Positions 39,185 to 50,820 of a DNA stretch of 64,000 bases are shown piece by piece. Positions within the stretch are counted from its first letter, which is position 1; every line of letters starts with the position of its first letter. Origin of the DNA: Lama glama (taxonomy: Eukaryota); NCBI GenBank assembly GCA_028534125.1, contig CM052818.1, forward strand, positions 23,252,001 to 23,316,000, written 5' to 3'. The notes under the pieces are model-generated. The model saw only the letters and a program-made list of their open reading frames with translations, made no database searches and was not told the origin of the DNA. The position numbers and the translations under genes were made by a program.

Positions 39185-41635
39185 CAGAGGTTGCAAACTC
39201 AAATTCCTACAGAATCCAGAAATGCAACAAAAATGAATCAAGTGTGCTGCCAGAAATGTAATTAAAGTTTCTTTCATTTTTACTTGACCGTGGCATAAGC
39301 ACATAACGTAGTACAAACACGTAAGATATTGGAGATTATATACTAAGTTCAAAATTGGAAAACATAACATTTGCGAAAACCAGGAATATTTAATTATTAA
39401 TTTTTTTCTTTCATAACGCATTACTTTTTTGCTTTATAACCAGAAATGTGACACTTTTTCTTTTGCCCCAACATGTCAATGTTGGGTCTTGCATTTCATG
39501 TTGTGATGTGCTGCATAGAATTCAGCCTTGAATCCTTTAACTAAGAGCAATAGTTTTATTTAGTTTCATAATGGAAAACAGCTGTTCATGGCTGAACGTG
39601 GATAGAATCTTTGTATGATGGCGTTTATACTTAGGGTGACTACTCCTGTGATATCTGTAGAATTCTGGGATTCTAATATTGCAATATTTAATTTGGGGGA
39701 CTAAATTGTGGTTCAAAAATTCCATTTATGGCACACTATTAATTAAAAAAGGTGAGTTGAAGAATAGTAGTTTATTTTTACAAAATTAGAACCTTTTAAG
39801 GAATCCTGTCTTCAATCCCACAATTTAGGGAGAGCCGTTAAAGCAATCTCTTTCATTTCTGAAAATTGATTTCAACATAGGAAAGTGGGTCAGATTAGTC
39901 TTTGTCAAATGAGTTTTCTGAAGATATAATTTCACTGAGAATGAGCAAATTCAATAGCCCATTTACATGCTTGTGAAGTTTCTTGCAGAGAAGAATGCCC
40001 ATATATATTGAAAAGTTCAATACTTGAATATTGGCTGGTGAGTTGGGGAAGCATTTTTTGCTGGATGATATATGCAAGTTAATAGTTTTTCGACTGTTCC
40101 TCTGATCTGCAAATAAGACTCCAACTTTATACACCAACTATCCTGAATTTATTAGAACAGATGAATGCTGTTACTATTGTGTATCCAACACACAAGGCAA
40201 AACATCGAAATCTCTATACTTTCAGCCGTGGAGAGAATCCAATCCAGAAGGCACATGACATGTTCTATTTTAACTTATTAGCACCAGGCAACTCCTGGTG
40301 AATTATTTGGTTTCCACAATCACGCAAAATTTGGCACTTTGGATTTAAGTTCGGTAAACAAGGTCATTGTTAATGCTGACCACCTCAGGAGCTCTGTTTC
40401 TTAGCCAGGCTTACTAATTTTGACCTGTCTGCTTTAAATTCTTCAAGGCTTCTCAACACACAAAGCTAAGCCATCTCCTGCAGTTGTGCCTGTGATGGAC
40501 ACCATGCTCAAAAGTTCTCCAATCACATTGGAGTCTCTTTGGAACCATAAATAAATATAGCTGACTGGGTAGTATTATTTTAACTGGGCTCTCATAAGCT
40601 TCCCTAGGAAATGCCACAAATGACTGAACTTTTTCACACAACCTGTCCTGTAAGTTCTCAGCCGTGTCGTCATCTTGCTGAGCAATGGCCTTTCTGTTTA
40701 GTCTTCCATTTGCGAGTACTTGTTTTTGTTCAAAGCATGATTTTCTTGCCTCTGTCCTCAGTCGATGCTCTTTTACAAACTCACCACTCATAAAAGGTTT
40801 CAATGCCCGAGCAGTGTGCTCACCTACTTTACTCCACAACTTCATTTCGTGGTTGCATCACTTGTTTTATTTGCATTGGAAAAAAATTGTGTTGAAACGT
40901 CAGTCCTTCATTTTTAGATAATTAAGTTCCAACATACTAGTCGCAGCCTGTTTGCTTGAATTCTTTTGATACTGAAGCATTTTATTTGTATGTCAAATGT
41001 GGGAGAATGTTTTTCAACTTCTGCAAAAAGAAAAAAAGGTATTTTCAATTTTTCTGCAAACACACACACAGTCCTCTCTAGTGCTCTGTTTCCCCCCTTT
41101 TGATAGAGTTATGGATATAAAAGATAAAAGGTTACTTTCTTCTTAACTCTATTAGAAGAAAAACATTGTCCAAAATGATGATAAATGACTACTGACCCTC
41201 TGCCTCAGTGACGGGAGGAGAATGGGGAGTAGCAGGGAGTATGGCAACACGGAAAACCACTCAACTCCAGTTGGCTGGTCCCTTGCTGGAATGTGGCTCC
41301 AGTGTTGACAGGTCTTCGACAGTTTTAAAACAAGAAAAGTGTAATATACATATGGAGAAAGTGGGTATATTTTAAAGGTACAGCCTGGTGAATTTTTCAC
41401 AAATGAAACAGGGTAGTATAACTGGCAGCTAGATCAAGAAACAGAACCCAAGAATCAGGTCCCGCAAGGCACCCTCACATTCCCTTCCAGTTGAGATCTT
41501 TTACTTTTTAAGAAGAAAATCTGGATTTGCAGGTGAACTCTCAATTTCTAAATTTTGTCAAGTAATTCAAAACATTTTCAAAGCCCATGGGCCAAACTAA
41601 ACACATCTTCTGACCAGAGTCGGCCTAGAGGACTT
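39185..41635 (-). mobile_element. Near full-length Charlie8-like hAT DNA transposon fossil (MER102 family)
   Basis: Terminus CAGAGGTTGCAAACTCAAAT at 39185; broken transposase peptides IPEFYRY..HPKYKRH..KILS..EQLFSIMKLNKT and KPFMSGEFVKE..EQKQV..AENLQDRLCEKVQSFVAF resemble the Charlie8-derived GTF2IRD2 domain; MER102-like 5' region at 41060-41635. Confidence 0.85.
41325..41492 (-). mobile_element. L1M 3' end fragment inserted in Charlie8
   Basis: taaaggtacagcctggtgaatttttcacaaatgaa...agatcaagaaacagaac. Confidence 0.65.
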
Positions 41636-42324
41636 TTTGTTTTGTTTTTTGTTTTTTTCTGTCTGGCAGCCCAGACCACTCTTTTCCTCCATCTGGAGGG
41701 AGTGTTTGTGCTATGTGATCCCAGCCATGACTGACTGGGGTCTTTCCCTGGGAATTTGGAGTTGGGATGCTGGCATCCTTTTTAGCTAGGTGATGGTGCT
41801 GGAAGTGGGGTTTCTATAGCCCCCACTTCTAGAGCAGGCCCTGTTCTACCATGTCAGTGGAGGAGCAAAGAAAGCTGGTTCCCAGAGAGAAAAATGATGT
41901 GCAGATGTGCAGAGAAAGCAAAGAGAGGAACCATATAGCAAGGGAGTGTGAGACAGTGGGAGAGCTTGCCTTGGTTTCCCACTTCAAGTTTCCCAATTCT
42001 TGGTCCTAGATCCTTCTGAAGCCAGGATATACTAGCGACCGAGGACCTACTTAGGCTGGTGGGCCTCTCTAAGAATTCAGGAAGAACAATCCGGTGGTAA
42101 GTCACAGCATGAGCTGCAGGTGACAGCTGATGGCTGGCAGTCAAGTGGGCAGGGGTCTCCATGTGAAAGCTCTGTCCACGCAGGGCCAGCCCCTAAGCCT
42201 GAGCTGGGGTTAGGAGTGAGTGGGTCTGGCAGGCAAGTGGAAGCTAGAAATTCACTCAGGTGAGCTTGTAACAGGGTCCTGGTTTAAGCAGTGCTGGAGA
42301 TTGTATTATTATTCTCAATTCTTC

Positions 42325-42755
42325 ACTCTGTCCTTGTAATAGAATTATCTGTCCATGCCCTTTGCCATATGTCTTGCATACACCCTACTAGAATAAGTGG
42401 AGATATGTTCCCATCCTTTGACTTTGGGCTTGGCCCGTTCACTTGTCTTGGCCAATGTATATATGTGGATTCAATAGTAGCCAGTTCTGAGTTAAGGTCT
42501 TTAGAGTCATGGGAAGTTACCACTAGTCTTTTCTTGTGCTGCTTCTATTCATAACGAGAGAACCCTAACCCAGGAACCTGGTGGTCCCAGAATGAGTGAC
42601 ATATGGAGCTGATCTATACATAATCCATAGCCTGAATCAGTCACTCCACCCTATCCATGGACTGTAAGTGAGAAAAATAACTGATTTTACAAGCAAGTAA
42701 GATTTTTAGGATTGTTTATTACATAGTGTTATCACAGCAATCACTGACTGATACA
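42325..42755 (+). mobile_element. MLT1H-like MaLR LTR
   Basis: tgactttgggcttggcc...ttggccaatg; ends cacagcaatcactgactgataca. Confidence 0.7.
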
Positions 42756-44879
42756 AAAGAGAACTAGATTCTAGGCAAAATTAGGGAGTAGTAGTCAAGG
42801 AAGAAGTAGTCTAGTGTACTAGAGTAGGCAAAGCCTAGAGCAGAGAAGGGAGGTTTTGGGCTCAGAGGCAACATGAGCAGTAATGGGGGCCCTTTGGGGT
42901 CATTCCAGAGGGCACCAGATCCATGTCTGATTGGAAGAGGGAAATGAGAGTGGTCTGGGGGAAATATTTGTTACCTCACTGATCATCTATCTTGAAGGAA
43001 AATCAGGAAGAACACAGGGGTCAAGCATTTGTAACCGAGCTGGTGACATTATTCCAAGCCACTGAGTCTATTCAAATTTTCGACTCCACCCCTCCTCCCC
43101 CTTCCAGCTTGGCCAGCATTGGCTCAGGAGCTGGAGCCTTGGTGGATCTTGTGAGAAGATCCTGGGAAAGCAGCACAGGAAAAATATGATGGAAGAGGAC
43201 ATCACCAGTACTGCAGCTCCCAAATGCAAAGGGGTATGTGTGTGTGATGTCTTATCTGTTATGAACCTGATGCTTGCTTGCTGTCCACCTGCCTGCTGTT
43301 CCTGTTAACAGCTCCGCTGGGAGTGGGTTTGAGGTTGGGAGACTGATGCATATTCTGACCACATTCGCCAGCTTTCTGAGAACTTACAGCTTCAGATGAA
43401 GCCCATGACACCACGGATCAGTAGGACAACTGGACAAGCAGAGCAGGATTTGGTGGCCACAGTAGGGGATGCGGGGCAGGAACGTAGAAGGTGTTTCCGA
43501 TTTTCTTTCTTGAAATTCCTTTTCCCTGGGGCTTCCAAGCTCAGGAAGTTCTTGTCATCTCCTAACTGAGGCAGATGAAAATGGGAGTTATGTAGGGAGG
43601 CGTTTCCACTTCATCGAGGCCAGCCATACCCAAGCTTTAGGATTCGGCAGAGATCTGCAGGTCTGCACAGTTCTTTGGGCAGCCTGTTTTCTGTCTTCGC
43701 TACCTTGTTATCTGGCCCTTCACTGAATTCCTGTAGCTTTTCCAGGACTTAAACAATGAGATTAACAGCTATCATTTTTTGAATGCCTACCATATGCTAG
43801 GCTCTCTAGTGGATATTTTACAAATAGTACTGATAATGACAACAGTGAAGATAAGTAATACTTATTAAGCATTTACTATGTGCTAGGCACAGGGCCAAGC
43901 CCTGTACATGTATTAACTCATCAAGGACCCTCACAGCAAGGCAGCATAGACCTCCTTGTTTTTGCATATGAGTACCAGACAGTGGAGTCAGGATTTGGAT
44001 CTAGATTGGTCCGACTCCAGGACCTCTTCTTTTTTTTCATTCATGATGCTCTCTTGCTTGATCTTGCTCTCTTAGCCATGTCCCAGCACTGTTCAGCTAG
44101 CAGAATGGGCAGGGACAGATATCAAGGGCGGGGACATAGATTGGGAGGGTGAACACAGTGCCGTGGCCATTTCTAGGTAGGAGTCTGGCAAGTAGTTCAC
44201 AAAGAGGGCAGAGGTAAGTTCCAACAGGAAGCATGGTGAGGCCCTGAAAGGTGAGGGGAGCAGAGAGAGGGACAATCCAGAAGCCATCAGATGTCCTGGC
44301 AGGCAGTTCAACCATGCAGAAACTGTCAACAGGGAGCAGGCCCTGGATGCTGGGCAAGGGGCCAGGAGCAGGACACCAGGCCCTGGAGGAAATGGAGCTG
44401 GTCAGGGCACAGCCTACAGTTCTGGTTCTGTCCTTTACTAATTTTAGGGCAAGTTACTTACCTCCTCTGAGCTTGTTTCTTCATCTATAAAAGTATAATA
44501 TTACCTTCTTTGTAGGGTTAATAGGATAATTAAGTGAAATAAACAAAGTGCCAGCAAGCCATGCAGTACTGAGCACTTCCTGGCACCAAGGAGCATCAGA
44601 AGCAGCAGCATCTTCAAAGTCCTTTTGATGGAGATCAGTGTTTGTTTTAGAGGCTGGAATGGAATTAAGTGACCTCAGTCCCATCCAGAGGACTGGCTGA
44701 ACCCAAAGCAGGTCCTGTTCTTTCTGTACATGGGTTGTAGAATCCTGGCCCCTTATAGCTGTAAGGCTCTGGCTCAGGGCTTTGGATCCCCAGTGCCATG
44801 CTCTTTCAGCAATATGGTGCTGCTGGTAAACAAACACTTGCATAAAACATGGACACCCATGTCAAGGGCATGTGTTTAC

Positions 44880-45780
44880 AGCGTTTTAAAACATGTCTAC
44901 AAGTTCATTCTTTGACACTCCTCCCATCAAAAGGTAGCATTGTACTGAATGACACAAATGAACTTATTTACAAAATGGAAACAGACTCACAGACATAGAA
45001 AACTAACTTATGGTTACCAGAGGGGAAAGGGGAGGATGGAAGGATAAATTGGGAGTTTGAGATTTGCAGCTATACACCACTGTATATAAAATAGATAAAT
45101 AACAAGGTCCTACTGTATAGCACAGGGAACTATATTCAATATCTTGTAATAACTTATAATGAAAGAGAATATGAAAAGGAATATATATATATGTGTGTGT
45201 GTATATATATATGTGTGTGTGTGCAGTTATATATGTATATATATATATATATATAACTTAATCACTATGCTGTACACCAGAAACTAACACAATATTGTAA
45301 ATTGACTATACTTCAATTTAAAAAAACAAGGTAGCATTTCTCTTCCCTTGAACATGGGCTGGCTTTAGTGATTGGCTTCTAATGAAGAGAATATGGTGAA
45401 AGTGATGCTATGTATCTTCCAAGGCTGGGTTAGGAAAGATGATACAGTTTCTGTCTGTCTCTGTCTCTCAGGATGCTCACCCTTGGAGCCAGTTGCCATG
45501 TTAGGAGGAAACTCAGGCCACATGGAGAGGCCACATGAAGTGTCTGGACCAACAGCCCCAGCTAAGGTCCTATCTGACAGCTGATGTCAGTCACCAAACA
45601 AGTGAGTGAACTAGACCTCAGGTGATTTGGTCTAGCCTTGGAGTCATGCCAGCTGACACCAAGTGGAGCAGGGATGCGCTGCCCCCACCTAGGCCTACAA
45701 TTATTGTTGATTGAGCAAATCAGTGTTGCTGTTTTAAGTCATTGAGTTGTGGGCTCGCTTGTTACGCAGCAATAAATAGG
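44880..45780 (+). mobile_element. MLT1F/G/H-type MaLR LTR, interrupted by L1
   Basis: tttgacactcctcccatcaa...ccacatggagaggccacatg...ttgttacgcagcaata. Confidence 0.8.
44942..45327 (+). mobile_element. Cetartiodactyl L1 3' end
   Basis: acagactcacagacatagaa...cctactgtatagcacagggaactatattcaa; 11-bp TSD aaggtagcatt at 44931-44941 and 45328-45338. Confidence 0.9.
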
Positions 45781-45970
45781 CCACACACACATAGTGGAGC
45801 ACGGGAGGGAAGCTGTTTGACACAGTGTTTAAGAGTTTGTATTCTGGATCCAGACCATTGACTCTCAAATTTCAGCTTTATCATTCACACTGGGCAGGTT
45901 TCATGACATCTTGAGACTGTCTTGCCCTCTGTAAGATGGTGATGATAGACATACTAATGTTATGGATTGT

Positions 45971-46364
45971 TGTATTAGTTTGCTCCAGCTGCTATAACAA
46001 AATGCCACTGACTAGGCGGCTTAAAAAACAGAAATGAATTTTCTCACCGTTCTGGAGGCTGGAAGTCCAAGGTCAGGATGTCAGCAAGGTCTCTAGTTTC
46101 TTCTAAGGCCTCTCTCATTGGTAGATGGTTAACTTCTCACTGTGTCCTCATAAGGTCTTTTCTTTGTGAACACACCTACCTGTGTCTACATCTGCTCTTT
46201 TTATAAGGGTACCAGTCATAGAGGATTAGGACCCACCCTGAAGACCTCACTTTAACTTAATCACCTCTTTAAAAACCCTTTCCTCAATAGAGTTACATTC
46301 TGAAGTGCTGGGATTTAGGACTTCAGCGTATGAATTGGGGAGGAGCACGATTCAGCCCATGACA
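45971..46364 (-). mobile_element. MLT1A/B-type MaLR solo LTR inserted in a MIR
   Basis: TG...CA termini; 5-bp TSD attgt at 45966-45970 and 46365-46369. Confidence 0.9.
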
Positions 46365-46576
46365 ATTGTTATAAGGATTACGTACAACAGATATAAAGAA
46401 TAGGTTTTTGGTGGACACATGGCAAATCCTTAATAAACAACAGCCATTTATATATATGACATCAACATGATTATATCTGATACATGCAAAAGGAGTAACA
46501 CCACCATGTATGCAGGGGAAACTGTATGTTCCTTTTACTTGGATGATAGAAGACAGCTTCTTACTGAGCCCTAGAT

Positions 46577-46613
46577 GCCCGGCTAGCTCAGTCGGTAGAG
46601 CATGAGACTCTTA
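46577..46613 (+). pseudogene. Tailless retropseudogene: 5' half of tRNA-Lys(CTT)
   Basis: GCCCGGCTAGCTCAGTCGGTAGAGCATGAGACTCTTA equals the first 37 nt of mammalian tRNA-Lys-CTT as recalled; 14-bp TSD tcttactgagccct at 46559-46572 and 46609-46622. Confidence 0.92.
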
Positions 46614-47534
46614 CTGAGCCCTGCCCAGACCCTCAGCCTGGACCCCCAGCTTAGTGATGATGGGAAGAGGGAACGGAGCAATCTCCTCTGAAGGGAGGAA
46701 GCAGCCACATTTCCTGACCCTCCAGGGACAGGTGCTTCCTGTGGTGGCCCTTGGGAGGGGCTCTCTCTTTGAGCCTGGGGGAAGATCCCAGGGTGATCCC
46801 AGCTGAGAAAGGTTTGGGAAGATGTAAAAACCCCAAAGAAGTCACCGTCTGTCTGAAATTGCCTGGGTGCTCCAGAGCTGATATGTGGAGTCATTCCCAC
46901 TGGAGGCAATTTGGAAAAGGTATTTGAGAAAGTTCTGATTCAGAAATCGTTTCTGCCAAGTCCTTTGTTTTCCTAATGTTGCCGCAATGTCTGGAGCTGA
47001 ATTTTTAAAATGGCATTTTCCTGGAAAGGACTTTTTGGTCTTTTTTGGAAATGTCTCATGTAAAACAAGATCACCAGTGGGCTGTGGGGTCTGGTCTCCC
47101 AGGGGTTAGCTTGGGAAATGGGGGTGGGTGGGGACAGAGTGGAAAAAAGAACAAGAACAGAGAGAGGGAAAGCAGGATGTGACCCAGGGGCCAACATTTC
47201 TGTGTTTGAAACAGGCTCAGGGCTCAGGAATGATTCCAAGGGGTCAGGCATCATGGTGGGGAGGAAGGGAGGGAGGGCAGCCCTGACCCTGATGGCAGGG
47301 CTGTGGGAATGCCCCCTGGGAGTCTGTTGGTGGCAGTGCTTAGTCTCCATCCCAGAAACAGGCATGCCCCTGGGCCTATCATTTCCTCCTCCCTGGTCTT
47401 GCATGGGTGGTGGGAGGGCTAGAGATAACAGCAGGCTCTGACTGGGGCTCTCTGAGGGCAAGGACCTAGTGTCCTCCGTTAGATTTGATCTTTGTGAAGA
47501 GAGGGACTGTGTGTGGCATTCATTCTCAAGACTC

Positions 47535-47898
47535 TGTCTTAGTCTGCTTGGGCTGCTATTCAAAAAGTACCAGAGACCAGGTTTCTTATAAACAACAGAA
47601 ATTAATTTTCTCACTGTTCTGGAAGTCCCAGATCAAGATGCCAGCAGTTCTTGGTGGTATCTGGTGGGAACCCGCTTCCTGGTTCATAGATGGCTGTTTT
47701 CCTGCTGTGTCCTCACGTGGTGGAAGGGGTGAGGGAGCTCTCTGGAGTCTCTTATAAGGGCACTAATCCCATTCGTAAGGGCTCCACTCTCATGACCTAA
47801 TTATCTCCCAAAGACCCTACCTCCCAACACCACCACATTGGGGGTTAGGATTCAACATATGAAATTTGAGGGGACACACAAGTATTCAGTCCATAGCA
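47535..47898 (-). mobile_element. MLT1A-type MaLR solo LTR
   Basis: tgtcttagtc...ttcagtccatagca; TSD gactc/ggctc. Confidence 0.9.
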
Positions 47899-48830
47899 GG
47901 CTCCAAGAGGGCTGGCTGTGTCTCTCCATCAGACTGAAGGGTCCCAAGTACAGGGACCCTGTCCCTCTGTGATCTAAGGAATCCCTGGAGCCAGGGACCT
48001 CATCTCCTTCTTTCAATGTGTCCCAGAACCCAGCATGTGGAGAAGCTTGGTTTCTGGACCTGACTGACGTGGTGACCTACTCACGGTCTTGCTTCTCCAC
48101 CCTTGTAAAGCAGCACAGACAAGACAAGCTGGAAGTCCCTGCCGTGGGCAGGCCAGCCACCGCCTCCCTCCAGGCCCAAGGCCAGGGCAATTACTGCGGC
48201 CAAGTGGAATTTCTGTGACAGGAAGACGCTTGGAAGCTCTCCGCAGAGCTGGCTCTCGTTCTTGGAGCTTCTGTATTACTCTTCCAACCGTTCCTTACCC
48301 TGCCCCTGCTTCTCAGTGCCAGCCTCAGTCTCGTGGTCTGTGGTAATCCTGGAGCTCAGAATGGAGTAAGGGCCAAGAGCAGAGGAATGGGCATGTGAGA
48401 ATCACTGAATCTTAGAATCAGAAGCTATGCTAGAGGTGACTTTATCCATTTTCTTGTCTGGATCATTCATTCATTCATTCATTACTTAGTAATGACTTAC
48501 TTAGTAATGACTGTTGTGTGCCAGGCGCTGCTTTGGGCTTTGGGTAAATAGGAGTGAACAGAATGGACATGGTTCCTGTGCCCTGGAGCCCAGTGTCTGA
48601 CGCTTGCATATGCCAGCAGCAGCCTCACTGAGGGTCATACATATTATGCAAAACCTCCAGGTTTTTGTAATTCTCCTTTCCAAGGCAGCCCATTTCAATT
48701 TTGATCAACTCTGAAAGTCAAAAATTTTCCTCTACAGATTGAGTCAATGTCCTTTCCTTCTGTAATTTTCACTCATTTGTCTCAGCCTGCTTTCAGATAA
48801 AATCTCTCATTTTGATGATTAATTTGTCAA

Positions 48831-48876
48831 TTCTTTCTTTCCTTCTTTTCTCCCTTTCTTTCAATCTTTCTCTTTC

Positions 48877-48923
<47 letters not shown>

Positions 48924-48999
48924 CTCTCTCTCTTTCTCTCTCTCTCTCTTTCTCTTTCTCTCCTTCTCTCTTTCTCTCTTTCTTTCTCTCTTTCTTTCT
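48831..48999. repeat. Compound (CTTT)n/(CT)n polypyrimidine tract
   Basis: 48865-48999 contains only C and T. Confidence 0.95.
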
Positions 49000-49487
49000 A
49001 TTTTTAGGCTATATTCTTAGGTGTACCAAAGTTTAGGTATACCTTGGAGAATTTTTCTTTTATTCATTTTGTTATCATTTCCACTACTTTTTCTGATTTT
49101 AGTGTTGCTTCATCACTTGTTCTTCTGGATAATGATTGCTTGATATATTTTTCCCCCAATCTTGTTACTTTCAATCTTTCTGTTATTATATTTTAATTAT
49201 GTCTGCTAGAAAAAAAAGAGCTGTGTTTCCTATTTGAACTTAGCATTTCTGTGTTTTAGCAGGTAATTTTAATCCTTTTCATTTATATTTACTATTGGAA
49301 CCCAGTTATTACTGGTATATATTGATAGCCTAATGTTTTTATTTTAATCTTTTAGCTTCTTTGTTCATTTCTGTCCTCTGTTGTATTGACTGCTTTCTTT
49401 AGTCCATCTTTTTTTCTTTTACTGTTTTAAAAATTACATGCATTCAAATTCTCTTCTTTTGGTGATTATCCTTAATTTTGAATATGC

Positions 49488-49940
49488 TGTGCAATTTAGG
49501 ATTGCATTTGGGTGCAGATAACAGAAAACAATGGATTAGGTAGGAAGGGGTTATTTTATAGCGAGAAGGCCAGTGTTAAGCAGTAGAAAGCTAGTGCGTT
49601 TCTTTAAAAATATCATCAAGCACCCAGATTCTTTTAATTATCTGTTTCTCCCATCCCTAGTATGTGATTCTGTCCTCTCTTAGTGGTTACAAGATCCCTG
49701 CTGCTCGTCCAGTTATTGTGTTCTTGTTCCCCAGAGGAAGAAGGGTAAAGGGCAAAGTGTTCTTTCTGGAAACCTACCAGTAAGCTGTGCTTATATTTCA
49801 TTGGCCAGGACTGTAACACATTGCTACTACAACTGCAAGGCAGTCTGGGAAGGTGAGTGTTTGTAGCTGCCTTGTAGAAAATCAAGGTTCTATGATAAGA
49901 AAGGAGAAAGGGAATATATTGTGTGGGCAGCTCCAAGTAT
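49488..49940 (-). mobile_element. MLT1J-like MaLR LTR
   Basis: tttcattggccaggact...aactgcaaggcagtctgggaag. Confidence 0.7.
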
Positions 49941-50264
49941 CTATAACTCATGCATATTACTGTAATAATTTTACAGTGTATCTGAATCTGTCCTTGGAAT
50001 GTTCTCATTCTAATCACTCCTTTTCAAGTTTCATGTTATTATTATTTAGCATTTAAGTTCTACTTTGTTTTTAAACTCTGCAAAAATCAGATATTACTAC
50101 TATTGTTGCTATTCCATAGTCAATTTTTTATTTAGATTTATCCACATGCTCATCCATTTCTTCATTAATCATTGTTTCTTGATCCTACTCCTTAGCAGTT
50201 TCCTTCTATAAATGATTAACTCTCTTGTCTTTTTCTGAAGATATGTCGTTTTGTAAAGCATTCA

Positions 50265-50704
50265 AATAATTGAATATAATTGATTCACAACATTGTGTTA
50301 GTTTCAGGTATACAGCAAAATGATTCATATCTATATATACTTTTCAGATGATTTTCTATTATAGGTTATTACAAAATAATGAATATAGTTCCCTGTGCTA
50401 TACAGTAAATCCTTTTTGCTTATCTATTTTATGTATAGTAGTTTATATCTGTTAATCCCATACTCCTAATTTATCCACCCTCCTCCTTTTGCCCCTTTTA
50501 ACCACAAGTTTGTTTTCTATGTCTGAGTCTGTTTCTGTTTTGTATATAGATTCATTTGTATTATTTTTTAGATTCCGCATAAAAGTGATATCATATAATA
50601 TTTGTCTTTCTCCAACTTACTTCACTCTGTATGATACTCTCTAAATCCATCCATGTTGCTGCAAATGGCAATATTTCATTCTTTTTTATGGCTCAGTAAT
50701 ATTC

Positions 50705-50759
<55 letters not shown>

Positions 50760-50820
50760 CGTGCGTGCTTCTTGGCCATCTGGATGTCTTCTTTGGAGAA
50801 ATGTCTATTTAGGTCTTCTG
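50265..50820 (-). mobile_element. Cetartiodactyl L1 3' end with internal deletion
   Basis: ttagtttcaggtatacagcaaaatgattca...atccatgttgctgcaaatggc...tctttggagaaatgtctatttagg. Confidence 0.9.
50707..50768. repeat. (GT)22(GC)5GTGCGTGC alternating purine-pyrimidine tract
   Basis: Seen directly. Confidence 0.95.

Noticed and set aside
39537..40845. GTF2IRD2 or another domesticated transposase gene
   Set aside because: Multiple frameshifts and stops, a transposon terminus is present and no TFII-I repeat exons are seen: a dead transposon
46577..46613. Functional tRNA-Lys gene
   Set aside because: T-arm, B-box and 3' acceptor strand are absent
46973..47614. 213-aa minus-strand ORF
   Set aside because: Starts inside an MLT1A LTR; low-complexity Pro/Ser composition
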